Of a stretch of 64,000 nt of DNA, positions 38,401 to 47,196 are shown in pieces. Origin of the DNA: a virus (Duplodnaviria; Caudoviricetes); the IMG/VR virus record IMGVR_UViG_3300024322_000001, one strand, 5' to 3'. The notes beneath the pieces were generated by a model. It was not told the origin of the DNA. It saw only the letters and a list, made by a program, of their open reading frames with translations, and did not search any database. Every line of letters begins with the position of its first letter. The stretch's first letter is position 1. The position numbers and the translations under genes are program-made.

Positions 38401-40332
38401 TTCAGTAAATTTATTTAATTTATCTGATAAGGAGTTTAGTGTTTTAAATGTATTTAATTGCAGTTGACCTAATTCTTCAGCAGATTTCTTTTTATTCTCA
38501 GCATTTGCTTGGGCAGCAGCAGCATCATTGTTGGCCATCTTAACATTATCTTCAGTAGCGTTTAAGATACCATTCAGTTCTTCTTTACTCATTCCTAAAG
38601 ATGCTGCTAACATCTCTTGAGCTTTTACGTTACCTTTTACAGCATCTGCGTTTTCCATTATGATACGCTTCTGCTCTTCTTGAATTGCAACTTGGTCTCC
38701 TGTTGCTGCTGCAGCTCTTAATTTATCTAAATTTAATTCCTTACCGAGAATTAATTCAGCCTCCATTTCTTTTTGCATAGAATTCTCAAAATCTAATGTA
38801 GATTCTGCTGCATCAGCTATTCTATTCATTTCCATACCCATGGCTCTGGCGCCAGCTGCTGCTTTTATTAAAGCATCTGGGTTGTCTTTCATATTACGGA
38901 GGATCGTACTAGACGCATTGCCCATCTCTTCAAATACAGCTTGAGGGGCGATGGCTGTACCGTTCATAGCGTTAAGCTTAGTTGTTATACCACCAACCTT
39001 TTTTGCCATGTCTTCAAAAGATATTCCAGTTTTAGTAGCAATCTTAAATATCTTAGTTGCGGCACCACTAGATACACCCATATTTCTAGTAAGTCTACCG
39101 AAAGTTGCTACTTGTTCGCTAGTGAAACCTAATGATGTACCTAATGCAGAGTTCATCTGACCTATATAGCCAGATGCTTCTGCTAGAGGAATTCCCATTT
39201 TAGCAGCTGCTCCGCTTGCTGCTTGCATTGCAATTTTAGCATCAATAAGACCTCCTCCTATTCCTTGCTTAACTATTTTAAATGCTTCGGAAGATGTTTT
39301 TGCACCATCAAATGCCATTTTTGCAAAAGAAGTTGCTGCTGCTATAGTAAGTGCTTTAATAGTCCCGGTTAGTGCCTTATACCTCGCTCCTGCTTTACTA
39401 GTACCCTGTGCTACAGCATCTTCAAACATTTTTTGAGCATCAGCTAATTCACCAAATACGGTTTGAAATAATTGACCAAACACAGGTATCATACCTCCTA
39501 TTTTTTGACCAAATTCTGAGAAAGACTTAAGTACGCTACCTCCTGCTTTTTCTATTTTTTGCATTTCGCCATGAAGTTCCTTTGCTTTACCTATTTGCTT
39601 TTCTTGGGCGGCATTGATTTCTTCAGCGCTTCTTTTTTGACCTTCTAGAGCAGATGTTTCTGCTTGTGATTCTTTTACTAAATCTTGTTTTTTATTTATT
39701 AGCTTTTGTGCTGCTGTTTCTTTGGTTTTGGCGTCTGCAGTTAATTTTTTTGCTAAATCATAGTTTTCTTTAGATTTAGCCATCATACTACTATGTGCTT
39801 TTTCTGCGTTTGCTATTTCATCTTTTTTACCAGATGCTATAGCTTTTTGAAGCATTTTATCAGCATCAATCTCTAGCTGGGTTGCTTTGGCTTTATGCTT
39901 GGAAATTCTCTCTTCAAATTCTAGTTGTTCATCTCTAGATTTTTTCCTAAGGATATCGGCTACTTTTTCTAATGCTAAATCTTCTTTTTTTCTTTCTTTT
40001 ATTTCCTTACTAAGGTTTTCAATAACCGTTGCAGTTCCTGCTTGTTCTTTTTCTGCTGCTAGAAGTTGAGTAGCGAATTTTTTTCTTTCTTTAGAAGACT
40101 TTAAAGTAGAGACTGTTATCTCAGACATAGATTTAGTAAGTACCTTCACCTTACTGGTATCTACTCCGATATTCTTATTAGCACCTGCTAGATTAGAAAG
40201 TTCTTTGAATTCCTTAGATAACGCATTTATTTCCTGCCCTGCTTTTTCTGCAGCAGTTCTTATATCATCTAGTTGTTTTTTACGTGCGTCACCACCGGAT
40301 AGATCTCCCTGTATGTTTATTTCATCAGCCAT
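35479..40332 (-). CDS. tail tape measure protein
   Basis: 1617 aa, Ala/Gly-rich and helical, internal repeats, canonical position after tube and chaperone. Confidence 0.88.
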   Translation of the reverse strand: MADEINIQGDLSGGDARKKQLDDIRTAAEKAGQEINALSKEFKELSNLAGANKNIGVDTSKVKVLTKSMSEITVSTLKSSKERKKFATQLLAAEKEQAGTATVIENLSKEIKERKKEDLALEKVADILRKKSRDEQLEFEERISKHKAKATQLEIDADKMLQKAIASGKKDEIANAEKAHSSMMAKSKENYDLAKKLTADAKTKETAAQKLINKKQDLVKESQAETSALEGQKRSAEEINAAQEKQIGKAKELHGEMQKIEKAGGSVLKSFSEFGQKIGGMIPVFGQLFQTVFGELADAQKMFEDAVAQGTSKAGARYKALTGTIKALTIAAATSFAKMAFDGAKTSSEAFKIVKQGIGGGLIDAKIAMQAASGAAAKMGIPLAEASGYIGQMNSALGTSLGFTSEQVATFGRLTRNMGVSSGAATKIFKIATKTGISFEDMAKKVGGITTKLNAMNGTAIAPQAVFEEMGNASSTILRNMKDNPDALIKAAAGARAMGMEMNRIADAAESTLDFENSMQKEMEAELILGKELNLDKLRAAAATGDQVAIQEEQKRIIMENADAVKGNVKAQEMLAASLGMSKEELNGILNATEDNVKMANNDAAAAQANAENKKKSAEELGQLQLNTFKTLNSLSDKLNKFTEDLSLGAFKFFNLIRDAFDPKDIMGSLGRIKDLVIKTFKDAFTGGDTVFKNTLGKGSMLGMLLGAATMTGGALTIGFKGLSAIGGIFKKMRGTPMMPMFVKNIGDKTAGILSKFTSMFKNKKGGAAAAGGGGILSKLTSVFKKRGSGDLVKSASSPSGFRDKMGRFAKAPGKSAAGGGAAGGVGGMLKGIGKGIGDFAKGIGKGIKGILEGLAFGIKAFGSGQVLAGAAVLGAAITLIGAGIAGASWLMGKSLPTLAKGMESIAELDGSALIKAGAGMAAVGLGLTAMAAGTAAQAVGGLMGAIGSFFGGDGIDEMLKKVEKFGKNYDFDAGKIENNAKGVVAYALAMGALAVGAGAGAVAGLANLGSTLLDGLTASLGGGLPMDKVQAFGKWNLDADKIENNARAVAGYAVGMAALAGGAAGGGIASLANLGGALLDGLTSTLGGDLPMDKVQQFGKYNLDADKVENNARAIAGYARGMAALAGGSAASSLSSLAGLGGSLVDGIVAGIGGPLPLDKVSKFQTYNFDADKVKNNASALASYALGMAALAGGAAASSVASLAALSGSVVDGIVAGVGGPLPLDKVDKFQKYNFDPKKVKNNASAIASYAIGMAKLAGGSAASSVASLSSIAGNLADGLMAGLGGPLPLDKVKIFQGYDFKKDKIKNNSEAISEYAIAMAKLASSEAGGFLASLGKAAGQLVTGLAESIGLGGIPYDKLKELENADLDAEKIGNNAKALTAYALAMASLQDVPSGFFKSLGKMGSELVDGITDALGGTSGIPYEEMNAFANAKLETKKIISNAEALQAFGTAMTSLGTFDNDTDKFYDGIEDLGNGIDAFNKLEDIDTNKIESLRTSMLAIKDATSIDLSNAKSILEDLGSFAKTVGKGVIKVDIAAKTIFSEELEGLTSTIDSSSNRELEELKKINQEQSKEHRKEMKELRRQTFLLAEALGDRKDTVIQMDGFQVGKALGSRY
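36050..37450 (-). repeat. about 7 tandem 198-bp (66-aa) repeats in the tape measure gene
   Basis: ACTTTATCTAATGGAAGAGG at 36452, 36650 and 36848; protein unit LP(M/L)DKV..F..YN.D..K..NNA.A...YA..MA.L. Confidence 0.85.
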
Positions 40333-40369
40333 TTGCTGTATTCTTTTTTATAAATAGTAAAGGCCTCTA

Positions 40370-40637
40370 TTATTTAGAAGCCTTTGTACTATACGATGGA
40401 GAAATATTTGGACCTTTAGGAATATCGTTACTAGAGGTCTGTCCTGTGTTATTTACTTCGTTTTGTTCTTTGTGAAATTCATTAATTGCACCAAAGGTAA
40501 ACTTACGTAACCATATCGGCATATTATACACGGTGCCCCAATCATAGCCGCCTTTACCATGAAACACTATTTCGTGTATTTGCCGGAATAAACCGCTTCT
40601 ATACTCAGCAGCTTGTTTAAGCGTCAGGCCAAAAAAA
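40370..40637 (-). CDS. C-terminal extension of the tail assembly chaperone, probably reached by frameshift
   Basis: Frame open from the T7 run at 40631-40637 (FGLTLKQAAEYRSGLFRQIHEIVFHGKGGYDW...); no ATG near its 5' end. Confidence 0.6.
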
Positions 40638-41357
40638 GTTGATAGTTACCGGAACGTCGATGTCCTCCCCAACACCTTGATCGTTCACATGGTATACACT
40701 AAATTCAACATCTGGCTGTACTCTTGAATATTCCTCTCTTAATGCTCTTGCATCAGCCGCTAATAATCCCTGGTCTACAAATTGTCTGATAGTTGATTGC
40801 TCTCTATCTCCGTTAATTGAGGTGATAAGGTGTTTCATTCTTGTAGTAACCCCTGTCTCATTGTCTCTGCTAATCTTTTTAAGACCTTCTATCTCTCTAT
40901 CTATTTTCTTGTCATCTCCGTGGTTGAGAAGCTTAAATGTCACTTCATTACCGCTTTTAGGGAGACTAAAAACAAACTCTCCTGCTTCATTAGGTTTAAC
41001 GCTAGCGTCAAATTCTTTTTCTTTAATTTCAGATAAATCGACAGTAATCTGCTCTCCTTTATACTCAATATCGTAATCTTTACCGTAAGATAAGATACGT
41101 GCTGCAACCATAATTGCATTCTTATCCCCGATTAATAAATCGTTATAAGGAAAATCAGTAACAATAAGAGATTGAAGTAATTTGTCAATTACTATTCCTT
41201 TAGTTATATAATTCTGGTTAGTTAGGATATCTTCTTCTTTGGCAGTCATATATTTCATTTCGACTTTGCCTTCTTTAAGTGGATGTCCTTCAGGGTAATA
41301 GTGCCCTTTCGATGGTAGGTCTACCGTTTCGGTAGGAATTTTAAATTTTGGTTCCAT
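40617..41357 (-). CDS. tail assembly chaperone / T4 gp26-like hub assembly protein
   Basis: LPSKG..Y, MTAKEEDIL, LLIGD...I..AARI.SYG, ends FFWPDA; lies between tube and tape measure. Confidence 0.8.
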   Translation of the reverse strand: MEPKFKIPTETVDLPSKGHYYPEGHPLKEGKVEMKYMTAKEEDILTNQNYITKGIVIDKLLQSLIVTDFPYNDLLIGDKNAIMVAARILSYGKDYDIEYKGEQITVDLSEIKEKEFDASVKPNEAGEFVFSLPKSGNEVTFKLLNHGDDKKIDREIEGLKKISRDNETGVTTRMKHLITSINGDREQSTIRQFVDQGLLAADARALREEYSRVQPDVEFSVYHVNDQGVGEDIDVPVTINFFWPDA

Positions 41358-41428
41358 AAATTTTATTAATTGTAAACTAGTTTATATATAAATATACGAA
41401 GAAATACTTTTGGAACCAACTTCTAAAC

Positions 41429-41454
41429 AAAAAAAAAGCCTGCTAATGCAGGCT
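41429..41454 (-). terminator. intrinsic terminator after the tail tube gene
   Basis: AGCCTGC-ATTA-GCAGGCT hairpin followed by a long T run. Confidence 0.85.
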
Positions 41455-41479
41455 CTTCTATAAATAAATGTATTGTATC

Positions 41480-41965
41480 CTAGTAATTTAAGATGCAGTA
41501 ATCCATGTTGATTGAGATTGCTAAATCAACAACTGCGTCTGATGACCAATCATACTGGCCGAAGTCTCCGTTTGTTACGAATGCTCCTTTGATTATCCAC
41601 TCTCCGATTACGTCACCTACTGGTCCTAATACGTTAAGTGTTAAATCTTTCTTATAGAAGTCAGAATATCCTGCTCTACCGGTTACTGATTCGTACCCTA
41701 GTCTTGCCCATTCCATAACAGCTTGTGCTCCACTTGGAGTGATCGGATCGTAAAGTGTCATAGACATCTCTGCCCATTCTCTTTTACCTCTAATTTTTCT
41801 GTATGAATTGATATGGTCAAGCTTTACTACATTATCTGTAAAAGTAGGAGCTTTGACGTTTTTTATCATGAATGATGGGATCGCATCAATATACATGATA
41901 AATCTGTTTTGTACTTTCGGTTCGAAAGCTCTGAACATTATTTCGTTAGGATCTAATACTGCCAT
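41480..41965 (-). CDS. tail tube protein (T4 gp19-like)
   Basis: FEPK..NRF, W.....T.YD, EW, YKKD, W...GAF. Confidence 0.9.
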   Translation of the reverse strand: MAVLDPNEIMFRAFEPKVQNRFIMYIDAIPSFMIKNVKAPTFTDNVVKLDHINSYRKIRGKREWAEMSMTLYDPITPSGAQAVMEWARLGYESVTGRAGYSDFYKKDLTLNVLGPVGDVIGEWIIKGAFVTNGDFGQYDWSSDAVVDLAISINMDYCILNY

Positions 41966-42003
41966 TTTATTTGTTGTTTAAATATAAATATCTTATTTTA
42001 AAA

Positions 42004-43746
42004 TTATTCTCCCAATGTAGCTCCAGTTGGTTGGATTACGAAGTCTAAAGTAATGAATTCTGCTGTTTTAGCTGGTTGGATAAAGATTTGACCTACTAAT
42101 TGGTTTCTATCAATAACGTCTGCTGTGTTGTTAGAATCATCCATTATTACTCGGAATGCATAAAGACCTTGTCTTTCAACTACTGATTGTAAATATGGGT
42201 TAACGTTTGCTAAGAAAGTGTTTCTAGTTGCAATAGTATTTTGTTCGAATACTAATGACTTAGCTTGATCTCCTAAGAACTTCTTAAGTGCGATCAATAA
42301 TCTTCTTACGTTTACACGATCAAGAGCTGATTTCTTCTTCTGTAATGTCTTCTGACCGAATACTGAAATACCAGATCCTGGGAATGTAGCTATTGGGTTA
42401 ACGTTTGCAGCATAAAGAGTATCTCTATGAGCTCTAGTTAATTTTCTTTCTGCTTGGATAACGTTAGGAATACCTCCTCTAGTTAAACCTGCTGGTGCAA
42501 ACCATGGTGCTGCTGCGCTATCTGTGAAGGCATATACACCTGGTATTACTACTGATGCTGGAGCGAATTCTAATTTACCTGTTGAACTACCAACTTGTAC
42601 CCAAGGCCAGTAAGATGCTGCATAAGAGTTATTTACTACTGCTGCATGTCCTGCTGCTTGTGCTACTGTTGTTCCATATGGTGATAAATCTACTACTGCG
42701 ATAGCATCTCCTCTGTCTTGTGCTAGAGAAATCATAGAATCTAATTGAGTCTTGTGCTCACCGTAGCTGTAGATAAGACCTGGTGCAGATATAATATTGA
42801 ATAAGTATTCGTCTTGGTTAGTTAGTAAGCTGAATGCAGATTCATAATTTTCAGCTACTAAACCTTGTGTGTTTGTTGCTGAAATATCTTCGAAATGTAA
42901 ATTTACTTCATCATGCTGATAGTTAGTACCTGTTGCGCCGTGGAATGAACCAGAACTAGCAGCTGGTAAAGAACCTGTGTAAGATGCTTCTCTAATATTG
43001 ATACCGTCGTTTGCTAAGTAATTAATAGTTCTTCTATCAACACTTGCTACTCTTACGTAACGTGATCTGTTAACGTAACGACCGTTAGTACTTAAGAATG
43101 CGCCATCTCCGTCGTCTCCAATACTCTTGTACTGATCACCAATAACGCTAGCAATATACCCTTCACTGTTAGGGTCTAAACTTAAATCGTTAAAAGATTC
43201 TAATATAGTTTTTGATTTTGTGCTGTCATCACCTCTTCTGATAATTAAAGAGAATGTTCCTGTTGCTTGGTCAACATTTTGGATTTCCCATCTAATGTTA
43301 TCATCGGAACCTAACTTTAATGAACCATCGCTATTTTCTGCTCCTGGGTCACCAGCTCCAGTAGAAGTATTAAAGAGCTCTCCTTTACCTAAAGTCTGTA
43401 GAGTGAAAGGTTTATCTCCTCCATCTGCTGCGCCAATTGTAGTGCTCGTAGCTCCTGTAAAAGAACCAGAAACAACTCTTGTAATAAGAGCTGTGTTTCC
43501 TCCTTGCTCGAAGTAGGATTTAACTGCAATCGAAGTTAAAAATTCGTATGTTTCAGAACCTGATGAAAAAGTTGTTCCAAATGTTCTTTGGTAGTCTCCG
43601 TAAGAAGTAACAACTGTAGGTTCGAATGTTGGTCCCATTACTGTTGGGCCAACGAAAGCTGCACCTGCTTCTAGTGGGGCTGGTGCAATAAAAGATCTAT
43701 CCTGCTCGCGTGATAGTACCCCTGGTGAGATTAATGATTCTGCCAT
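42004..43746 (-). CDS. tail sheath protein
   Basis: SPGV..RE.D, YWPW, PWFAPAG..RG, NPI, GQKTL, RVNVRRL, FEQN. Confidence 0.95.
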   Translation of the reverse strand: MAESLISPGVLSREQDRSFIAPAPLEAGAAFVGPTVMGPTFEPTVVTSYGDYQRTFGTTFSSGSETYEFLTSIAVKSYFEQGGNTALITRVVSGSFTGATSTTIGAADGGDKPFTLQTLGKGELFNTSTGAGDPGAENSDGSLKLGSDDNIRWEIQNVDQATGTFSLIIRRGDDSTKSKTILESFNDLSLDPNSEGYIASVIGDQYKSIGDDGDGAFLSTNGRYVNRSRYVRVASVDRRTINYLANDGINIREASYTGSLPAASSGSFHGATGTNYQHDEVNLHFEDISATNTQGLVAENYESAFSLLTNQDEYLFNIISAPGLIYSYGEHKTQLDSMISLAQDRGDAIAVVDLSPYGTTVAQAAGHAAVVNNSYAASYWPWVQVGSSTGKLEFAPASVVIPGVYAFTDSAAAPWFAPAGLTRGGIPNVIQAERKLTRAHRDTLYAANVNPIATFPGSGISVFGQKTLQKKKSALDRVNVRRLLIALKKFLGDQAKSLVFEQNTIATRNTFLANVNPYLQSVVERQGLYAFRVIMDDSNNTADVIDRNQLVGQIFIQPAKTAEFITLDFVIQPTGATLGE

Positions 43747-43875
43747 CGTATCTTATATTAGATTATTCGTTCTATAATAAATATCGTTAATAATTCGAAA
43801 CCTTATTTTTAATTAAGTGTTCCTCTTAACGATAATAAATAGGAATAAAAGACCGAAAACAGTCTACTGAGAATA

Positions 43876-44130
43876 TTAAGATGCTGTTGAGTTAAATTCA
43901 CCTGTTGAAAGGTTTACAGTACCTTTGCCGTACTTGTCTTCTAACATCTTTGCAATATCAACTTCTGTGGTTCTTACATTAGTTAGGAATGTTTCTGCTC
44001 GTTCCTCTCTACTTTTCAAATTAAGCTTAGCAAGATGTATTGACCCAAACTCTTTAACTATAGATTCGTTATGTGATTTGAGTTTCTGTAAAGTTTCAAC
44101 TTCCTCTGAGGTAAGTTTAATTATCTTCAT
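43876..44130 (-). CDS. small coiled-coil protein (paralog of 44117..44431)
   Basis: KLT.EE...DKYG.GTV.L.TGE shared with the neighbour. Confidence 0.7.
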   Translation of the reverse strand: MKIIKLTSEEVETLQKLKSHNESIVKEFGSIHLAKLNLKSREERAETFLTNVRTTEVDIAKMLEDKYGKGTVNLSTGEFNSTAS

Positions 44131-44431
44131 CAGTATCTTCGATTGGTTGAGTTTTAACTACTGTATCTTCTGCAGGCTGTTCGTCCTGTGTTGTTATTTC
44201 ACCTGTCTGGAGGTCAACAGTCCCAGCTCCGTATTTATCTGTTAGAGCTTTATTTAATTCAGCTTCTCTTTCGCGAATGTTAGCTAAGAATGCTTTTAAG
44301 TTTGTCTCCCTAGATTCGAGTTCGATTTTGTCTAAACCTAGTTTCCCTAGTTCCTGTCTCAGTACCTGGTTATCCTTACTAATGTTAGCAATATTATCTA
44401 TTTCTTCTTGGGTTAATTTAGTTGTAGCCAT
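44117..44431 (-). CDS. small coiled-coil protein (paralog of 43876..44130)
   Basis: KLTQEE...DKYGAGTVDLQTGE. Confidence 0.7.
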   Translation of the reverse strand: MATTKLTQEEIDNIANISKDNQVLRQELGKLGLDKIELESRETNLKAFLANIREREAELNKALTDKYGAGTVDLQTGEITTQDEQPAEDTVVKTQPIEDTDEDN

Positions 44432-44497
44432 TTTTATTTTTATTTATTAATATAATATAAGAATTTAATTTTATTTAAGCAACTATTAATTTAATTA

Positions 44498-45373
44498 TTA
44501 CTGATTATTAATAGACTTAACTATTTTATTGATGTCGAAAATTTCTTCTAGTCCATTATAAGGTATACTTGATATATCTTCTGATAGTCCAAAAGGCTGA
44601 TATATAGCGTTTTTAATATTAGGTTCTTTAGTAAAGGGGTTTGCCTGTATGTTATCATGAAGTTTATACCCAAATACTTTTGGTTTTGTAGTTACCCAGC
44701 ATACAGTAGACTTTTTGTTCATTGCTGCTGCAAGGTGTTGCCCAAATGAGTCCATAAGTACACGTTTCTTAGATAACCCTATTAATATAGCTATACTTCT
44801 ATAACCATCCATAGCTGCTAATGTATCAGGATATTCATACTGATCCTTTCTTTTTATATGAACAATTGAATAATCATTCTTATAATGCTGTACTAGGCTG
44901 TTTACTGTTATTTGTGGAATATCTCTAGTCCAGGCGTATTTATATCCTTGTTGTTGTGGACCACCATTTGGCTGAATAACCATTACTGGTTTATCTGTTT
45001 TATAGAATGGAGAATAATATTCCTTTTCAGGTTCTGTTAAGTAGATTTGAGGCTGTTCGAAATTATAAGTAAGTCCGTAGATCCTACACCACGTCTTTAA
45101 GAGGTGTTCTTTTTCAGTTAAAAATGAAGTATTACGGTACGGGTCTTCTACAAAAAGCTTACAGTCTTGATCTTTTACATACTTTAAGTACGCACCATTC
45201 ATCTGCTCTATTCTGTAACATTCATTAATAAGTGGATTATTAAGAAAGACATCAGGGTAAGCAGATACTACTACTATATGTGCGTTTTTATAGCGTTTTC
45301 TTATCACTTTAACTACTGCCGTAGCCATAATGCTTTTGCCTAGACCGCCGTCTATTTGAAATATGATATTCAT
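44498..45373 (-). CDS. glycosyltransferase, GT9 (heptosyltransferase)-like
   Basis: GGLGKSIMATAV...Y....I.V, VF.NNP, DSFGQHLAAA. Confidence 0.75.
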   Translation of the reverse strand: MNIIFQIDGGLGKSIMATAVVKVIRKRYKNAHIVVVSAYPDVFLNNPLINECYRIEQMNGAYLKYVKDQDCKLFVEDPYRNTSFLTEKEHLLKTWCRIYGLTYNFEQPQIYLTEPEKEYYSPFYKTDKPVMVIQPNGGPQQQGYKYAWTRDIPQITVNSLVQHYKNDYSIVHIKRKDQYEYPDTLAAMDGYRSIAILIGLSKKRVLMDSFGQHLAAAMNKKSTVCWVTTKPKVFGYKLHDNIQANPFTKEPNIKNAIYQPFGLSEDISSIPYNGLEEIFDINKIVKSINNQ

Positions 45374-45409
45374 AAAACTTATTTAATTATAACTAATTTT
45401 AACTCTTTA

Positions 45410-45718
45410 CTACCAAGGTGTACCGGTTGCTGTAGTTTCAGCTGCTATAAGTAGCTTATTGTTGTTGATAGATTCTACCAATTCAGCTTCAATTGCTGCT
45501 TTATCAACATTTGAGTCTACCCAACCTAGTACATTACCCTCTGATAAGTCATCATAAGCAATAAATCCATCGTCAGATGCTGCACCTGTTAGTGTAAATT
45601 CTCCTATTTTTCTAGCAGAGAAATCACCGTCGTTTGATTCGCATCCGTAAGTTACTTTAGTAACTACTCCATCTGCTTTGAGTCTTTCAAGATCGTATAT
45701 TTTCCAAGTGTGTGTCAT
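45410..45718 (-). CDS. small tail-associated protein (paralog of 51262..51558)
   Basis: W.I..L.R...DG.V..V.Y, FIAYDDL.E..VLGW, PW C-terminus. Confidence 0.7.
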   Translation of the reverse strand: MTHTWKIYDLERLKADGVVTKVTYGCESNDGDFSARKIGEFTLTGAASDDGFIAYDDLSEGNVLGWVDSNVDKAAIEAELVESINNNKLLIAAETTATGTPW

Positions 45719-45749
45719 TGTAAGTGTGTTTTAATTTATTATAAATATG

Positions 45750-45950
45750 CTATTTTTTTAATTTAGTTGATTTTACCCATAGTCTTTCAAATGAAAAGTA
45801 GCCTACTGTTTTTATGACAGTATCTATGCTCCCAATAGCTAACCCGAATTTCCAATTACCGCTTACTATCCAGCCAGTAAGTATAGTTATCGATGTAGCT
45901 ATAACTCTCCAAATTAAAGTCTTAACTATTGTTTCTTTATAACTTGCCAT
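45750..45950 (-). CDS. DUF2061-family small membrane protein
   Basis: KTLIWRVIAT...K...YF.FERLW pattern. Confidence 0.8.
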   Translation of the reverse strand: MASYKETIVKTLIWRVIATSITILTGWIVSGNWKFGLAIGSIDTVIKTVGYFSFERLWVKSTKLKK

Positions 45951-46335
45951 CTTTTTTCATTTGTTCTCTAATCTTAGTAGCAGATATATTTTTTACTTCT
46001 TCAGGTGGGCAATGTTCTATAACGTCATATCCTACTCCTCTTCCTATATTGATTGATTCAATATCCGGTACGATAGTACATTTTACTCTACCTTGCTCTA
46101 TCAAATCTTTTAATTCACGTTCTAAGTTAGTTAATACCTCCTCAGCAGTCCAAGGGTTTTTTTCGTCTGGTGGTATCTCTCTAATGGCTATCCATACGTT
46201 CTTACCTTCTTCTAATCTTTGATCAATAAGCCATCTATGACCTGCATGCCAAGGTTGCCATCTTCCAATATACATTGAGTATTTATTCTCATTGAATGAG
46301 GACTGGAATGCTGCTTGTGCTAAATACTTTTTCAT
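45937..46335 (-). CDS. HxGH nucleotidyltransferase (cytidylyltransferase-like)
   Basis: IGRWQPWHAGH, NP, GRGVGY, ISATKIR. Confidence 0.85.
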   Translation of the reverse strand: MKKYLAQAAFQSSFNENKYSMYIGRWQPWHAGHRWLIDQRLEEGKNVWIAIREIPPDEKNPWTAEEVLTNLERELKDLIEQGRVKCTIVPDIESINIGRGVGYDVIEHCPPEEVKNISATKIREQMKKDGKL

Positions 46336-46670
46336 ATACCTTTATCTCTTTCTAAATTTATTGCAATAGCCCGTTCTCCAGGTTTCTTTGGATCCATATC
46401 ATTGATTAAATAACGAGGGCCCCTTTCAATACCCATAATTAACCTATGGTACGGTACTTCATTTTCATATAATTCTATTTCAGTATGCATCCTAAGGTAT
46501 TCAGGACGAGCTGTAGTTAAAATTATCATATGACCTTCAACTGAAGCTTTGTCTAAATATTCTATAGTAGATTTTATTCCTTCAGCTTTTGTTGTCTCAT
46601 ATGTTTCAAATTTACGGTATTTGAATATAGTACCATCTATATCACAAAAGTATGTATTTTTTTTCTCCAT
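46332..46670 (-). CDS. minimal HAD-family phosphatase
   Basis: CDIDGT motif I, TTAR motif II, IND motif IV. Confidence 0.8.
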   Translation of the reverse strand: MEKKNTYFCDIDGTIFKYRKFETYETTKAEGIKSTIEYLDKASVEGHMIILTTARPEYLRMHTEIELYENEVPYHRLIMGIERGPRYLINDMDPKKPGERAIAINLERDKGI

Positions 46671-46671
46671 A

Positions 46672-47169
46672 TTAGTTATCTAATTGATAATCTGAAGGTG
46701 GTAATTCATTTAGTAAAGACCCTTCAGGGTATTTTTTAGGTAAATTATTGATTATCTTTTGTAAAGATTCTTCAGGTGTATCGTCTGTAGTATCTATATC
46801 AATAAAATTACCTTGAGGGGCAATATACGCAATTGCTTTCCAATGGTCACGTTCTCTTGCTTCTGTTGTGTGAACATATATTTCTTTAATATTATCACCT
46901 AAAAGGGTTTTGAAATCTTCTCTTTGATCCAAATAAGGTGCTACTAAAGAAACTATAACATCATTTCCTTGATTGTGTAGATAGTGAGCAATACGTTGAG
47001 CTGTACCTACATTTTCAACTCTACCTTTAATAGAGTAGTCTTTATTAGAGAATAATTCTCTCATATCATCTCCATCTATTCTAAAGGCATTAGGTGTGTA
47101 ACGCTCTTGCAATAAATCTCCTAAAATTGTTTTGCCAGCACATGGTTGGCCAGTTAACCAGTATATCAT
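46672..47169 (-). CDS. cysC: adenylyl-sulfate (APS) kinase
   Basis: WLTGQPCAGKT, IDGDDMR, DYS..GR.EN, VSLVAPY...RE, EIYV. Confidence 0.85.
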   Translation of the reverse strand: MIYWLTGQPCAGKTILGDLLQERYTPNAFRIDGDDMRELFSNKDYSIKGRVENVGTAQRIAHYLHNQGNDVIVSLVAPYLDQREDFKTLLGDNIKEIYVHTTEARERDHWKAIAYIAPQGNFIDIDTTDDTPEESLQKIINNLPKKYPEGSLLNELPPSDYQLDN

Positions 47170-47196
47170 ATTATCAATATAAGAATTATTTTTGAA

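Noticed and set aside
37631-38467. 278-aa plus-strand ORF, and the other plus-strand ORFs in the track
   Set aside because: Antisense shadows of Ala/Gly/Ser-rich minus-strand genes; no motifs, and every recognisable gene is on the minus strand.
46672-47169. cysC as an assimilatory sulfur auxiliary metabolic gene
   Set aside because: No cysH or sulfite reductase nearby, while a PAPS-consuming sulfotransferase is in the same cassette.
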